A DNA stretch of 64,000 nt, from positions 1-64,000 of the IMG/VR virus record IMGVR_UViG_3300017388_000002; one strand, given 5' to 3'. The DNA is from a virus. Its lineage: Duplodnaviria > Caudoviricetes. Under the pieces are notes generated by a model. It was not told the origin of the DNA, searched no databases, and was given only the letters and a program-made list of their open reading frames with translations. Both the position numbers and the translations under genes were made by a program. This document shows, in pieces, positions 1 to 10,319 of this stretch; the stretch's first letter is position 1; every line of letters starts with the position of its first letter.

Positions 1-675
1 CGGAGTACAGCCCATTCTCGATCACAGGGCCGGAGTATGCCCCGTTTTCAATTACAGGACCGGCATACAGTCCATTCAGCATCACAGGACCAGAATACAG
101 TCCATTCAGCATCACAGGACCGGAGTATAGCCCATTTAGTATCACAGGGCCGACGTATGCCCCGTTTTCAATTACAGGACCGGCATACAGTCCATTCAGC
201 ATCACAGGACCAGAATACAGTCCATTCAGCATCACAGGACCGGAGTATAGCCCATTTAGTATCACAGGGCCGACGTATGCCCCGTTTTCAATTACAGGAC
301 CGGCATACAGTCCATTCAGCATCACAGGACCAGAATACAGTCCATTCAGCATCACAGGACCGGAGTATAGCCCATTTAGTATCACAGGGCCGACGTATGC
401 CCCGTTTTCAATTACAGGACCGGCATACAGTCCATTCAGCATCACAGGACCAGAATACAGTCCATTCAGCATCACAGGACCGGAGTACAGCCCATTCTCG
501 ATCACAGGACCGGAGTATGCCCCGTTTTCAATTACAGGACCGGCATACAGTCCATTCAGCATCACAGGACCAGAGTACAGTCCATTTAGCATCTCTGGAC
601 CAAATTACTCTCCGTTTTCGATTTCTGGCCCAACGTATGCCCCGTTTTCAATTACAGGACCGGCATATAGCCCAA
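1..675 (+). repeat. 30-bp tandem repeat (10-aa unit) with a perfect 120-bp higher-order repeat at 61..480
   Basis: Lines 121-180, 241-300 and 361-420 are identical; lines 61-120, 181-240, 301-360 and 421-480 are identical. Confidence 0.95.
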
Positions 676-1523
676 TCTCTGTAGATTGGGGCACCGCTCC
701 CGCTGTGAGTGTAGATTGGGGTAGCCCACCAACTGTAAGTCTGAGTTGGGGCAGCTCTCCAAGTGTAACCGTAAATTGGGGAACACCGCCCAGCCCAAAC
801 GTTAGTTGGGGTACGCCTCCTAATGTGAATGTTGATTGGGGCAGCCCGCCGACCGTCTCATGTGTTGTTACCGTGCAATGTCCTTCGGCATCTCCGTTCA
901 TGGCCTTCCCTACTGGTGTGGGCGAGGAGTTTGAAGATCAGGAGATGGCTCGCCGATTCAATGGCGACCTACAACTTGAGCCGTTGAACATAGGCATCCC
1001 AGATACAATCAAACTACTTGTGCCTGAGATACCAGATGTGAAAGTTACGCACACACTGCCTTATGAGATTTCGGTAACTAATCTCAAAGACATCCACATA
1101 GTCGGACCTATTGAACCGTTGCCGCAGAAGATCGTGATTGAGCAGCAAATACCGATCCCGGACATAGTGAATGTGGTTCAGGCCGTTCCTTTGCCAGAGC
1201 GTATACTAATCGAGGCTAGCCGAGAACTAAACATACCTCACTCCATCAAAGTTGAACTTCTCGGCGAGATTCCGAAGAGTATCTTGATCGATGCCACTGG
1301 AATACCAGAGCAGATCAGGGTAGTTGGTATACCAGATGTCATCTCTATCGTACACGACATCCCAAGAGAAATTGTGGCACGGTTCGAGATGCCCGAAATT
1401 CCAGAAATACCACTAGTTTACAAGGGTGGTCCGATACCATTGCAGTTTGACCCTCGCAGTTCCTTTGTGAACACAGAGGGGGAGGACTTGCCATGCTTCG
1501 CTATCGTACCATGTCCGAAATGA
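3..1523 (+). CDS. 5'-truncated repeat-rich, probably virion structural/fibre protein: (ITGPxYxPFS)n, then (VxWGxPPxVS)n, then IPxxI-type repeats
   Basis: The frame starting at nt 3 reads [20 protein letters not shown]... without stops into the listed 705..1523 ORF. Synonymous variation among units fits this frame, so ORF 37..684 is a shadow. Confidence 0.75.
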   Translation, partial: EYSPFSITGPEYAPFSITGPAYSPFSITGPEYSPFSITGPEYSPFSITGPTYAPFSITGPAYSPFSITGPEYSPFSITGPEYSPFSITGPTYAPFSITGPAYSPFSITGPEYSPFSITGPEYSPFSITGPTYAPFSITGPAYSPFSITGPEYSPFSITGPEYSPFSITGPEYAPFSITGPAYSPFSITGPEYSPFSISGPNYSPFSISGPTYAPFSITGPAYSPISVDWGTAPAVSVDWGSPPTVSLSWGSSPSVTVNWGTPPSPNVSWGTPPNVNVDWGSPPTVSCVVTVQCPSASPFMAFPTGVGEEFEDQEMARRFNGDLQLEPLNIGIPDTIKLLVPEIPDVKVTHTLPYEISVTNLKDIHIVGPIEPLPQKIVIEQQIPIPDIVNVVQAVPLPERILIEASRELNIPHSIKVELLGEIPKSILIDATGIPEQIRVVGIPDVISIVHDIPREIVARFEMPEIPEIPLVYKGGPIPLQFDPRSSFVNTEGEDLPCFAIVPCPK

Positions 1524-2392
1524 TGAGAACAAAGAAAATTCTAAATAACGAGTACCTGCTGACTCCCAGCATGGTATGGGTGAGGAACTTCACAAAGTCC
1601 AAGGCCCCTTTTCTAGACATCAACAAGCATCTCTACTCCAACGCAGACTACCAGTTGTATATGGAGAACGAAAGTTTCTCGCATCAACAGAAATATCTGC
1701 GGATTGACACCGAGAACGTGACGCTAGAAAAAATAGTGATTGTATCAGATGGGTATGGTTTTGCCGAGAAACAGAAACTCCTGGCTGGGATCGACCATAA
1801 TGCCGCCATCATAGCTGTCAACGGTGCGTTGTCTAAATGGACTCTAACGAACAAGACCACACCGGTTGAACTCCGCAGAAGAATCAACTTCTATGTTGTC
1901 AATAATCCCTATCGGGAATGCCTATCCGATCTACCAAAGGAAAGATTTTTCCCCAGGTGCGTTGCTTCTTCGAGGACTTGCCCGGAGTTCTTGGAGAGGT
2001 ACAAAGGAGACATCTACACCTACAGTCCTGTATCAACCGAATTGTATTCAGGCACTAGGTTCCAACCAGCCTACAAGATAGACGACTACCGTAATCCGAT
2101 ATGTGCCGCCGTAGGACTGGCTTATAGATTCGGCGTAAGAAAGCTCATGCTGTTTTGTTGTGATGCTTCGTTCGTGGATGAGCGGCCAGCTTCGGTCAGG
2201 TTAGAGAATGGGCTGTATACATACGAGCAACAATTGATGTCGCAACACATCATAGACGGCAACCTGCACTGGTTAAGGCAAGAAGGAATCGAGATTGTGG
2301 ACCACTCAAGTGGAGCAAAGTACGAGAATGCTACATATATAACCGAGGACAAAGTAGTGTCATTCTTTGAGGAAGAAGATGCAGGCACCTAA
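1520..2392 (+). CDS. Rossmann-like protein resembling DUF115/MptE-like or glycosyltransferase-associated family
   Basis: [10 protein letters not shown]...IIAVNGAL...[19 protein letters not shown] pattern; ATGA overlap with the upstream stop. Confidence 0.45.
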   Translation: MMRTKKILNNEYLLTPSMVWVRNFTKSKAPFLDINKHLYSNADYQLYMENESFSHQQKYLRIDTENVTLEKIVIVSDGYGFAEKQKLLAGIDHNAAIIAVNGALSKWTLTNKTTPVELRRRINFYVVNNPYRECLSDLPKERFFPRCVASSRTCPEFLERYKGDIYTYSPVSTELYSGTRFQPAYKIDDYRNPICAAVGLAYRFGVRKLMLFCCDASFVDERPASVRLENGLYTYEQQLMSQHIIDGNLHWLRQEGIEIVDHSSGAKYENATYITEDKVVSFFEEEDAGT

Positions 2393-2684
2393 GTTTTCTT
2401 TAGATGATTTCAAAAAATGGATGGAGTTCCAAAAGGACGGCCATGAAGGACAAGGACAGCCCAAGAGGACAAGCGACCTGATCGGGATACAGGTAGAGTC
2501 TAAGGTCAGCGAGAGAAAGTTAATCGCCCGTATGGTGCCAGAGAACGGAGAAGCGGAAGACTTGGCCCTAGACTTCATCAATGAAGGCGGCATCGTCGTG
2601 GATGTGAATGGCAAGAATTTTCTCATCGAGGTAGATTCAGGCACCTTCTTCATCGCACGCCACTGTATACGAAGAGTCGATTAA
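2379..2684 (+). CDS. hypothetical protein with FKKW-type N-terminal motif
   Basis: GGAAG RBS-like sequence and upstream TACATATATA; N-terminus [16 protein letters not shown]. Confidence 0.6.
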   Translation: MQAPKFSLDDFKKWMEFQKDGHEGQGQPKRTSDLIGIQVESKVSERKLIARMVPENGEAEDLALDFINEGGIVVDVNGKNFLIEVDSGTFFIARHCIRRVD

Positions 2685-3073
2685 CCACTACTCTTTCTTC
2701 TCACCATAGTTTTCGGCTTATCCAATTTAGACATATCTGGAATGATCTCGCTGTCTTTGCGTTTCTTTTCATCTGAAAAGTAGAAGTTGACGCTGGCGTG
2801 TTTTGGACTGTCGTGAATAGGCAGGTTCGTATAGCCCCTGTTTTGTAGCGACTTTTTTAGATCGTTGAAACTATTTGCCGTCTCCAACCAAGGTTCCCAG
2901 AACATATCATCCTTGTCGATGCTCTGCTGTATCTGGGCCTCCAGATTCTTCGGCAAACTCAAGTCTGAAATGCTCGACGCCCTCGCTGGACCAACCTTCT
3001 TCTCTGAATTGAAGACGCTCAGTAGTTTGAATCCTTTTTTGTCTCTCCTCGCTAGGTACAGAAACGCTCTCAT
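2681..3073 (-). CDS. hypothetical protein
   Basis: AAGGAG RBS on the minus strand; fills the gap. Confidence 0.65.
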   Translation of the reverse strand: MRAFLYLARRDKKGFKLLSVFNSEKKVGPARASSISDLSLPKNLEAQIQQSIDKDDMFWEPWLETANSFNDLKKSLQNRGYTNLPIHDSPKHASVNFYFSDEKKRKDSEIIPDMSKLDKPKTMVRRKSSG

Positions 3074-3204
3074 GGTGTTGTAGCAACTCCTTAAATAGCT
3101 CCTCCAAAACTATAGTAGTGTGGATGTCCATTTTGCCGAACTGCTGGCAGAAGAGTGACATCCCAGCGACGGCCTCGCTGACCATTTGGTTGTTAGAGGT
3201 AGAC

Positions 3205-3849
3205 ATGCCTATACCCTTCGATAAGTATTTGAAAGCCAAGGACCGTTACTGCATAGGGTACTTTGGAAATTGTGCCGAATACATCGTCCAGCTATCCTAT
3301 TTAAGACCGCATATAGAAAAACAACTAACCGGACTTGAAATCCATTTGTCGTGCAAAGACGAACTCTATCACCTACTCAGCAACCAATCTAACACTTGGC
3401 CCTGGTCTATTTACAAAGATACAAAACGAGAATTTGGACATGTGCGAGAAATGACGAGCGACCTGATGAGTCATCCCGTTCTAACTATCATGGAAGAATC
3501 CTCTCTTCAGTTTCCGCCTCCTCCCTCCATTGCCAAACCAAACACTAGATGCGTTCTTTGGACCAAAGGAATATTGCCAACAAAGAATCTAGACCCAGGT
3601 GACATACCTTACTTCAAAAACAAACTCTCGATAATGGGATACGAGGTCGTAATAGATCAACCACAAGGAGTCGGATGTGTTGCAGGTGTGGAATCTGAGT
3701 TCCTTTACTCGTCAGCGGCCCACGGATTGATGACATACCTAATCCCAACGGGCATAGGCACAGAGCTTTATAGAAAGATGTTCCCCAACAGAGGCGTATT
3801 GGAAAAAATCTATAACGGTTTTGTTCGACCCTTGAATATATACGAGTGA
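3205..3849 (+). CDS. hypothetical protein, weakly GT9-like
   Basis: AGAGGT RBS; C-terminal VAGVESEFLYSSAAHG resembles the GT9 VxxDSxxxHxA motif. Confidence 0.45.
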   Translation: MPIPFDKYLKAKDRYCIGYFGNCAEYIVQLSYLRPHIEKQLTGLEIHLSCKDELYHLLSNQSNTWPWSIYKDTKREFGHVREMTSDLMSHPVLTIMEESSLQFPPPPSIAKPNTRCVLWTKGILPTKNLDPGDIPYFKNKLSIMGYEVVIDQPQGVGCVAGVESEFLYSSAAHGLMTYLIPTGIGTELYRKMFPNRGVLEKIYNGFVRPLNIYE

Positions 3850-3892
3850 AGATTAAGGAACATTCGACCTTACCTGCAACACGAGGAGAAAA

Positions 3893-4504
3893 ATGAGCGT
3901 ATTTAAGGTTAAGTTAAACAACATGAATCAGGGCCAGTTGGATATGAATCCAGCTACCGGTGCCCAATTCGCTGAGTCCATCCAGAGAAGTATCTTCGTG
4001 ATGGGTCCAGGCAAGTCTCAGAGACTACTCAAGGACGGCCAGACCTTCACGGACTCGAACTACTGGAAGAGATTCGCCTACCCACAGGTTCCGTTGAACG
4101 AGGCTTTCATTGAAGTAGTAACCGATGACGGCAGCGTATACAACGATCAAGACGGCAATGCCGGTAACTACCCTGTGACGTGGCTTCCTGGTAACGCTGG
4201 CGACGGTATTATTGTCGCTAATTCTACCTACACGAGCAATGGCAACTCACTAGACATCGTAGCTACCTACGGCAGTGCGGCTGCATTCGTGATGATCGAG
4301 AACACCGATTCTGCCAACCCGGTCAAGGTTCGTTTGAACGGCAGTGCTTCCGCCGTATTGACTGTGGAAGAGGCCAGCACCAAGGTCTTCGACAATGGCG
4401 ATCTAGTCGTCACCAAGATCGAGTTCGACAACAGTGCTTCCGGTGCCAGTAACGTCAACAAGGTCCAGGTCATCTTGGGTATCCGTTCTGTGAACAAGAG
4501 CTAA
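3893..4504 (+). CDS. probable virion structural protein
   Basis: GAGGAG RBS, upstream TATATA, G/A/S/N-rich beta composition, followed by a terminator. Confidence 0.55.
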   Translation: MSVFKVKLNNMNQGQLDMNPATGAQFAESIQRSIFVMGPGKSQRLLKDGQTFTDSNYWKRFAYPQVPLNEAFIEVVTDDGSVYNDQDGNAGNYPVTWLPGNAGDGIIVANSTYTSNGNSLDIVATYGSAAAFVMIENTDSANPVKVRLNGSASAVLTVEEASTKVFDNGDLVVTKIEFDNSASGASNVNKVQVILGIRSVNKS

Positions 4505-4525
4505 CCTAGACTCAACTAAGTAAAC

Positions 4526-4559
4526 AAACCCCATGCAGCAAAGCTGCATGGGGTTTTTT
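4526..4559 (+). terminator. intrinsic terminator
   Basis: CCCCATGCAGC-AAA-GCTGCATGGGG followed by T6. Confidence 0.85.
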
Positions 4560-4581
4560 GTTGGTTTAACTATGATACGGT

Positions 4582-5592
4582 ATGCCGAAGATTCTGTCGC
4601 ACAAGATAACTCCTCCCAAACCCTTTACGCTACGACAATTCTATGAGAAACGAAACACGGTTCTGATAGTCAGGGCAGCAGGAGGGCTGGGAGATATTTT
4701 GATGCACAGGATGATCTTTGAGAATTTTAAGAGGGTGATGCCGGAATGTCGGCTGATTTTTGCTCTGCCTGAGATGTATTTCCCGGCAGTCATAGATCAT
4801 CCGCATATTGACCAGATATTAAACTGTAAGTCGGTTTCGGTGCAGGATTACCTGATTTGGTATGATACAACATACAATTGTCACCGTTACGAGTCGGCCA
4901 AGGCTCCTTTTTCCGACAAACATCGAAGTGATATCTGGGCAAATCACTGTGGGCTAAAATTAGAAACCCACAACATGAACATTCGCTTTACTTCCAAGGA
5001 GCGGGCATTCGGCGAGGAGCTAGTAGGGTCACACTGCAACGGCAAGAAAACCGTAGCTTTTTGCCCTATATCTGCGATGACGGTGAAAAACCTACTGATG
5101 CATCAGCAAAAGGCAGCGGTAGATTATCTGCGATCTCAGGGCCTCACAGTCCTGGGGCTACACGACCGGCCTGTTGCGGAGTTAGAGGCTTTGAAGGTGC
5201 CTGTACTCACAGGGCTGACGATCAGGCAATGGATGTCGATTCTAAATGCGGTTGATTACGTTGTCTCAGTAGACAGTGCTGCCTTCCATTTTGCCGGGGG
5301 CATCAGGAAACCATTGACTGGTATTTTTACGGCTTTCGATGGAAAAGTGTACGGGAAATACTATAAGTTCAACCTAGTTCAACTACACCGAGACAATGGA
5401 AATTGGGACTGTGGCCCTTGCTATGATTGGGGTGGTTGTCCAAAAAGCACAAAACACCCTAAGCCCTGTCTGACGGAACTAACCGGCGAGATGATAACGG
5501 ATGGGATAAGAAGAATGCTTGACGGCAACGTAAATAAGTCGAGGACTCTTCCGGTTTTGAATCGGTTTGAGTATTCGGAGACTATAGGATAA
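4582..5592 (+). CDS. GT9 family (ADP-heptose:LPS heptosyltransferase-like) glycosyltransferase
   Basis: IVRAAGGLGDILM and VVSVDSAAFHFAGGIRKP motifs; C-terminal CGPC...C...PC cluster. Confidence 0.85.
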   Translation: MPKILSHKITPPKPFTLRQFYEKRNTVLIVRAAGGLGDILMHRMIFENFKRVMPECRLIFALPEMYFPAVIDHPHIDQILNCKSVSVQDYLIWYDTTYNCHRYESAKAPFSDKHRSDIWANHCGLKLETHNMNIRFTSKERAFGEELVGSHCNGKKTVAFCPISAMTVKNLLMHQQKAAVDYLRSQGLTVLGLHDRPVAELEALKVPVLTGLTIRQWMSILNAVDYVVSVDSAAFHFAGGIRKPLTGIFTAFDGKVYGKYYKFNLVQLHRDNGNWDCGPCYDWGGCPKSTKHPKPCLTELTGEMITDGIRRMLDGNVNKSRTLPVLNRFEYSETIG

Positions 5593-5599
5593 ATAATAC

Positions 5600-5851
5600 A
5601 TGCCGCAAGTGTTAAAACAGCCTGTCGTAACGAAGGTTGTAACGAAAGAAGGTGAATGCATTGTCACTATAGCCTTGGAGCTAAATATCAACCTCCATAC
5701 GCTAGGGGCAGAGGTAGTCGCCAAACCACAAGATCAAGTTCAGGCACAGGCTCAACCGGCTGTCAAGGAAGAGAAAGAAAGTATTGACTGGATGATGCCA
5801 GACCTCCAGGGTATAGAAAAAATCAAATTTGGCAAGATAGTAGGAGAATGA
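5600..5851 (+). CDS. hypothetical small protein upstream of the actin-like gene
   Basis: TAAATA upstream; abuts the next gene. Confidence 0.6.
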   Translation: MPQVLKQPVVTKVVTKEGECIVTIALELNINLHTLGAEVVAKPQDQVQAQAQPAVKEEKESIDWMMPDLQGIEKIKFGKIVGE

Positions 5852-5852
5852 A

Positions 5853-6863
5853 ATGGCTATAGGTTTTGATTGCGGAACATTCAACTTGGTTTGTGCCCAG
5901 CGTGACGACAAGGGCAATATCATTCACAAGAGGGAGATCAACGCCTTCTTGGAGATGCCCATTGAGAACCGCTTTGTGTTCAACATGATGCGGAATGCTG
6001 GCGTCCCTCTGATCGAGAGGCCGGATGCTGGGGTAGCGTATGCTCTGGGCGAAGCAGCAGTCAACATGGCATATACGATGCCACAGATTGAGTTGAAGAG
6101 ACCCATGAAGGACGGCTGCTTGAATCCCAAGGAAAAGCACGCCCAACAGATTATGACTATCATGATCCACAGTTTGCTAGATGAAATCAAGAATGACAAG
6201 GAAGTTCTTTACTACAGTGTTCCTGCTGACGCTGTAAACCAGGAGACAGATTCGGAGTACCACTCCAAAGTATTGGAGCTAGTCTTCAAATCATACACAT
6301 CAGATTCAGGGAAGAAAGTCGAGGCCAGACCAATTAACGAGGGTTTGGCATTGGTTTACGCCGAGCTAGCCAAGGACGCATACAGTGGCATTGGCGTATC
6401 TTTTGGTGCAGGCATGGTCAATCTATGCTTCGCCATCTTCGGTGCCCCCGTTTTCCAATTCTCTATCGTCAATAGTGGTGATTGGATCGACAAGCAATCC
6501 GCCAAAGTTACCGGCGAGACGGCTACCTACATCAACAAAGAAAAAATAAAGCTCGACTTCACAAAGTCGAACGATTCGCTGTTGCTACAGGCGATCAAGA
6601 CGCAATACGAGATCATGATCCAGAAGACGGTCGCAGGAATCAAGAAGGGCCTAGATGATGCCGGGCATAAGGCTCGTATGGATCATCCGGTGAACGTAGT
6701 CGTGTCTGGAGGCACTGCCTCACCCAATGGGTTTGAAAAGGTCTTCGAGGAGGCGTTGCGAAACGCAAAGCTATCCGTGGAGATCGGTAAGGTATTGAAG
6801 CCTGCGGACACGCTTTATTCGGTAGCCAGGGGTTGCTTGATCGCAGCCGAGGCTTCCAACTAA
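5853..6863 (+). CDS. actin-fold ATPase (MreB/MamK/ParM-like)
   Basis: Phosphate-1 IGFDCGT, connect INEGLA, phosphate-2 VSFGAGMVN, adenosine VVVSGGT, C-terminal YSVARG. Confidence 0.8.
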   Translation: MAIGFDCGTFNLVCAQRDDKGNIIHKREINAFLEMPIENRFVFNMMRNAGVPLIERPDAGVAYALGEAAVNMAYTMPQIELKRPMKDGCLNPKEKHAQQIMTIMIHSLLDEIKNDKEVLYYSVPADAVNQETDSEYHSKVLELVFKSYTSDSGKKVEARPINEGLALVYAELAKDAYSGIGVSFGAGMVNLCFAIFGAPVFQFSIVNSGDWIDKQSAKVTGETATYINKEKIKLDFTKSNDSLLLQAIKTQYEIMIQKTVAGIKKGLDDAGHKARMDHPVNVVVSGGTASPNGFEKVFEEALRNAKLSVEIGKVLKPADTLYSVARGCLIAAEASN

Positions 6864-6884
6864 TCAGAAAGAGAAGGAAAGAAA

Positions 6885-7124
6885 ATGACAGAACCAGTAG
6901 TATACAAAGAAGTGACAGACTTGGGTGCGGGTGCGTACCTGCTCATGCACGGATACAAGGTCGTCGGTCGTAGAGGCAAGGCGATTGTGTTCGAGGTAGA
7001 GCAGTCTGGAGTGAAGGAACTCGAACAACGCACGATGGAGTACCTATCTAGTGAATTCCACCGTTTTGATTCCTGCATCATGTCGCTGAAGAAAATCGGG
7101 GAATATATGCCGTCTAAGGAGTGA
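6885..7124 (+). CDS. DUF5659-like small protein
   Basis: TDLGAGAYLLMHGYKV...VFEVE pattern. Confidence 0.5.
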   Translation: MTEPVVYKEVTDLGAGAYLLMHGYKVVGRRGKAIVFEVEQSGVKELEQRTMEYLSSEFHRFDSCIMSLKKIGEYMPSKE

Positions 7125-7125
7125 A

Positions 7126-8709
7126 ATGGCTCAACCTAAACCACCGTATTTGAACATATATCTGAACCTTGTCAACCACGTTGAACTGTTAACCGACAAG
7201 TTGCAACAAGATTTGGAAGCTCGTCTCAAAAGATTAGACCAAAGGAAACCAGCACCTACTGAAAAGGAACCGGCACCTGTTAATGTTCCTGCCCCCACGC
7301 CGGTTACGCCAACTCCTGCGGTAGACGATACGCCTCCACCAGTTGATACACATGACCCAAGCAAGACGGGAACCGTACACGGCACCGAAGTCCCTACTTC
7401 TGCTGTGACGCAAAGCGGCAAGCCTTGGTGGACAAAGCTACCGGCCTGGAGAGGGATTCGGGGTATTTTCAGATGGTTCTGGTATGGGCATCACAGAGAC
7501 AATCCAGATTACGCTCCGTATATCAAAGATTGGGTAGATACATTCTCCAAAGATAGATTGAAGTTGGTAGAATATGCCTCGATGCAAGATAAGGCCGAAG
7601 ATATTGCAGAGCAATTCACAAAGGCGATCTGCCAAGAGTTCATCGAAGCATCGCTCGCCGATATGCCAGACCTGAAGAATCTAATTGATGGGTTCAAAAG
7701 TGCTGTATGCAAGGCCGTGTTCAACGCCATCAAACAAGTTTATGAGTTGGGTAAGGGCAGTGGCGGGACCGCTGCACCGACTCCTATAACCCCACCAGAG
7801 GCAGAAAAAACAGATGGCAGTAAACCAAAACCGGTAGTACCCACGCCAAAAGATGAACCAGCAGCCGATGATGCAACATCACGACTACAGCCTGCTCTAT
7901 CGCCACAGACAGATGCGGATTTGCCAGGACCGTCACCAAAGCGGACAAGGAAAAAGAAAATGGTCGTCCCGCCAGCGGGAGAGGAAGTAACGCCTACAAC
8001 GCCTGCAACACCTGTTGCAGAGAAACCTCCAGCACCGGAAGGCGAAGACGTTGGAAGAGAATTGCCGACACCAACGACACCTGATGACTCCGCAGCCGTA
8101 TTGTATGGTACTAGAAAGCTGTCTGACGAGGAACTAGAAGGCATGAAGCTCAGTTGGGATCAGAGAGCAGACATGCTGAAAACAATCGAAAGCAAGATGT
8201 CTGGTTCCAAGAAAACACCATTGCAGCAGCGTAGGCACAAGGAATGGAAGGATGGTAAAGCTGGCAAGGAGAAGGCGTACCAATACCTGAAATCAAAGAG
8301 CCTTGTGCCGGAAGCTCCAGATGATCTCAAAAACATCTGGGCAAATGCCCGATTGAGGAACTACATCGGCACGATCTTTCATGTCACGCCAAAAGCTGCT
8401 GATTTGCTAATGGCTTACATCAAAACTAGAGAAAAGAAAAGCGACCTGCCGATAGGTGGGCAGACGAGCAAATCCGAGAAGGAAGTAGATGCTGAAGTCG
8501 ATGACATATTGAATAGGTTGGAGTCACACGACGTCTGGAGTAATTTCAACCGGAATCTTTACGAAGAGATGACGCCCGAAGAGAAGAAGAACTACCTCCT
8601 AGAGTTGCTGCGAAAAGGAAAGCAGGACACTTTCATCCCAAAGTTGAAAGTAGACTCCCTTCCTTGGACTGAAAAGATAGCCTTCTACAAGAAGTTGCTG
8701 CGGGCTTAA
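7126..8709 (+). CDS. large Pro/Thr-rich hypothetical protein
   Basis: 527-aa ORF with AAGGAG RBS and low-complexity PT linkers. Confidence 0.7.
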   Translation: MAQPKPPYLNIYLNLVNHVELLTDKLQQDLEARLKRLDQRKPAPTEKEPAPVNVPAPTPVTPTPAVDDTPPPVDTHDPSKTGTVHGTEVPTSAVTQSGKPWWTKLPAWRGIRGIFRWFWYGHHRDNPDYAPYIKDWVDTFSKDRLKLVEYASMQDKAEDIAEQFTKAICQEFIEASLADMPDLKNLIDGFKSAVCKAVFNAIKQVYELGKGSGGTAAPTPITPPEAEKTDGSKPKPVVPTPKDEPAADDATSRLQPALSPQTDADLPGPSPKRTRKKKMVVPPAGEEVTPTTPATPVAEKPPAPEGEDVGRELPTPTTPDDSAAVLYGTRKLSDEELEGMKLSWDQRADMLKTIESKMSGSKKTPLQQRRHKEWKDGKAGKEKAYQYLKSKSLVPEAPDDLKNIWANARLRNYIGTIFHVTPKAADLLMAYIKTREKKSDLPIGGQTSKSEKEVDAEVDDILNRLESHDVWSNFNRNLYEEMTPEEKKNYLLELLRKGKQDTFIPKLKVDSLPWTEKIAFYKKLLRA

Positions 8710-9095
8710 CGCCTGCCAAACTGATCGTTGAGGCCCTTTAACATCTCTTGAATTGCCGCTGGATTCACAGTTTTGCTAGGCTCAGGCTTGGACTTAATTG
8801 GCTGAGACGCAGCGGCTTTCATCTTTTCTATGGCCTTTTTGTGTACGGGGTCTTCTGGATCAAGTAACTCTTCCTGGCAGACTGCTACGACTTGATCTTT
8901 GAAGAAAAAACTTTCTAGACCTGTGGTAGCTTGTCTTATCGTCAATCCCCAATCATCCACTTCTTCCAACACGCCCACAAAGTAGTGGTATAACTGTTGA
9001 GGATACTTATCAGGTTGTTCGGTTTTGAAGTCTCTGTTAATGGGCTTGGTGAAAACCGTGACCACTTTACCCTTCATCTTGTTCAATAATCTCAT
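8706..9095 (-). CDS. hypothetical protein, possible Sm/Lsm-like fold
   Basis: LNKMKGKVVTV...FVGVLEEVDDWGLTI resembles the Sm1 motif; coupled to the primase gene. Confidence 0.4.
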   Translation of the reverse strand: MRLLNKMKGKVVTVFTKPINRDFKTEQPDKYPQQLYHYFVGVLEEVDDWGLTIRQATTGLESFFFKDQVVAVCQEELLDPEDPVHKKAIEKMKAAASQPIKSKPEPSKTVNPAAIQEMLKGLNDQFGRR

Positions 9096-10147
9096 TGATA
9101 TTTCCTTAGTTTGATCGGGTCAGATGGAGGTATCTGGCTGAACCTCATTTCTAATCGATCACTCTCTGTAAAGTCCTTCTCGTACTTCTCGATATAAGCT
9201 TTGATGAGATTTGGTCCCGCCTTTTGTAGCATCTCATTCCAGTCTTTGAACTGCGAGGGTGGACGCACATAACGCATTGTGAAACCCCACCCAGTCAGTT
9301 TATCTTTAATGTCGGGTAGTGCAGCCTTTCCAGCATTGTCATTATCAACACACAGCACCGGAATGTAGCCACGCAGGTATTCGGCCTGCTGCTCTGAAAT
9401 GGTTTTACCACCGAAAGCCCCAGCATTCAAACCAGCTACCAACAACGACATCGCATCGAACTCGCCTTCGGTGAGATATAGTTTGCCGCCAGGAAGATAC
9501 CACCTGGGCATGTAAATCACGTCACCCTTGCCCACACCGACTTCTTTATCAGGACCACGGTACTTCGCAACCTTATCGCTTTCGGAAAGATAGCGGGCAT
9601 TGAAGTAAATCAACCTGCCCTCTCTATCGTAATAAGGAATGACAATTCTATATTGATACTCACCGCCGCAGCAGACGTACAATCCCTCTGTAGGCAGACA
9701 ACGGCTCAACATGTAGACTTCGGCTTCGACACGGAAGAAATTGTTTGAGTCCAAGTCCTCGATGCGGTAGGTTTCTGGAGGGAGTTGCAGGCCCCGTTCG
9801 CCCACAGGCAATTCCGGCTCGTCCTTCTTGCCCATGATCTCGGCGAGCTTTCTTTCAAGCTCTACCATCGAGAGGTCTGTGGCACCCAAGATGTCCAACG
9901 CTTCTTGGTAAGTCACGTTGTCACGAAGCATGACTAGCGTAATGAGGCTGCCATGCCGGTCTGACTTCCAGCATCGGAAGGCACCGTTGGGCAATTCCTT
10001 CTTGCCGCCCATTGGGTTGCACCAGAGATGGTGCTTGAAGTCTTCGCAGAAGATGGAATTGACCTTGATCTCGTTGCCTTTGACAACGACATCGCCATCC
10101 CATCTAGATTCTGCCCACTTCAGGAATTTGTCGAAGTCGATAGCCAT
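9092..10147 (-). CDS. DnaG/T4 gp61-like DNA primase
   Basis: N-terminal Zn-binding-like region, RIVIPYYD..GRLIYFNAR, TOPRIM motifs LTEGEFDAMSL, DNDNAG and KDWNE. Confidence 0.9.
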   Translation of the reverse strand: MAIDFDKFLKWAESRWDGDVVVKGNEIKVNSIFCEDFKHHLWCNPMGGKKELPNGAFRCWKSDRHGSLITLVMLRDNVTYQEALDILGATDLSMVELERKLAEIMGKKDEPELPVGERGLQLPPETYRIEDLDSNNFFRVEAEVYMLSRCLPTEGLYVCCGGEYQYRIVIPYYDREGRLIYFNARYLSESDKVAKYRGPDKEVGVGKGDVIYMPRWYLPGGKLYLTEGEFDAMSLLVAGLNAGAFGGKTISEQQAEYLRGYIPVLCVDNDNAGKAALPDIKDKLTGWGFTMRYVRPPSQFKDWNEMLQKAGPNLIKAYIEKYEKDFTESDRLEMRFSQIPPSDPIKLRKYQ

Positions 10148-10148
10148 G

Positions 10149-10289
10149 CTATTTCTTCATTTTAGACTTCATCTTCTTCGGTTGTGCCGCTCCTGCGGAG
10201 GCTCCTTTTCCGCCCATGTCGCCAACCATCCCTGGATAGCCGGGAATTCCCTTCGACGGTCTGTTTTTCTCGTCTGGGAAATCACTCAT
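10149..10289 (-). CDS. small basic-tailed ORF (MSDFPDEK...PKKMKSKMKK), absent from the ORF track
   Basis: Manual translation; in frame with and directly after the LAGLIDADG stop codon. Confidence 0.4.
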   Translation of the reverse strand: MSDFPDEKNRPSKGIPGYPGMVGDMGGKGASAGAAQPKKMKSKMKK

Positions 10290-10319
10290 CAGGTTCTCTC
10301 TTTTTAGGAGCCATGCGAT

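Noticed and set aside
1-675. Possible CRISPR array
   Set aside because: Units are contiguous with no unique spacers, and they encode a periodic peptide.
37-684. 215-aa [13 protein letters not shown]... in the ORF track
   Set aside because: Shadow frame of the tandem repeat; the frame starting at nt 3 is continuous with 705..1523.
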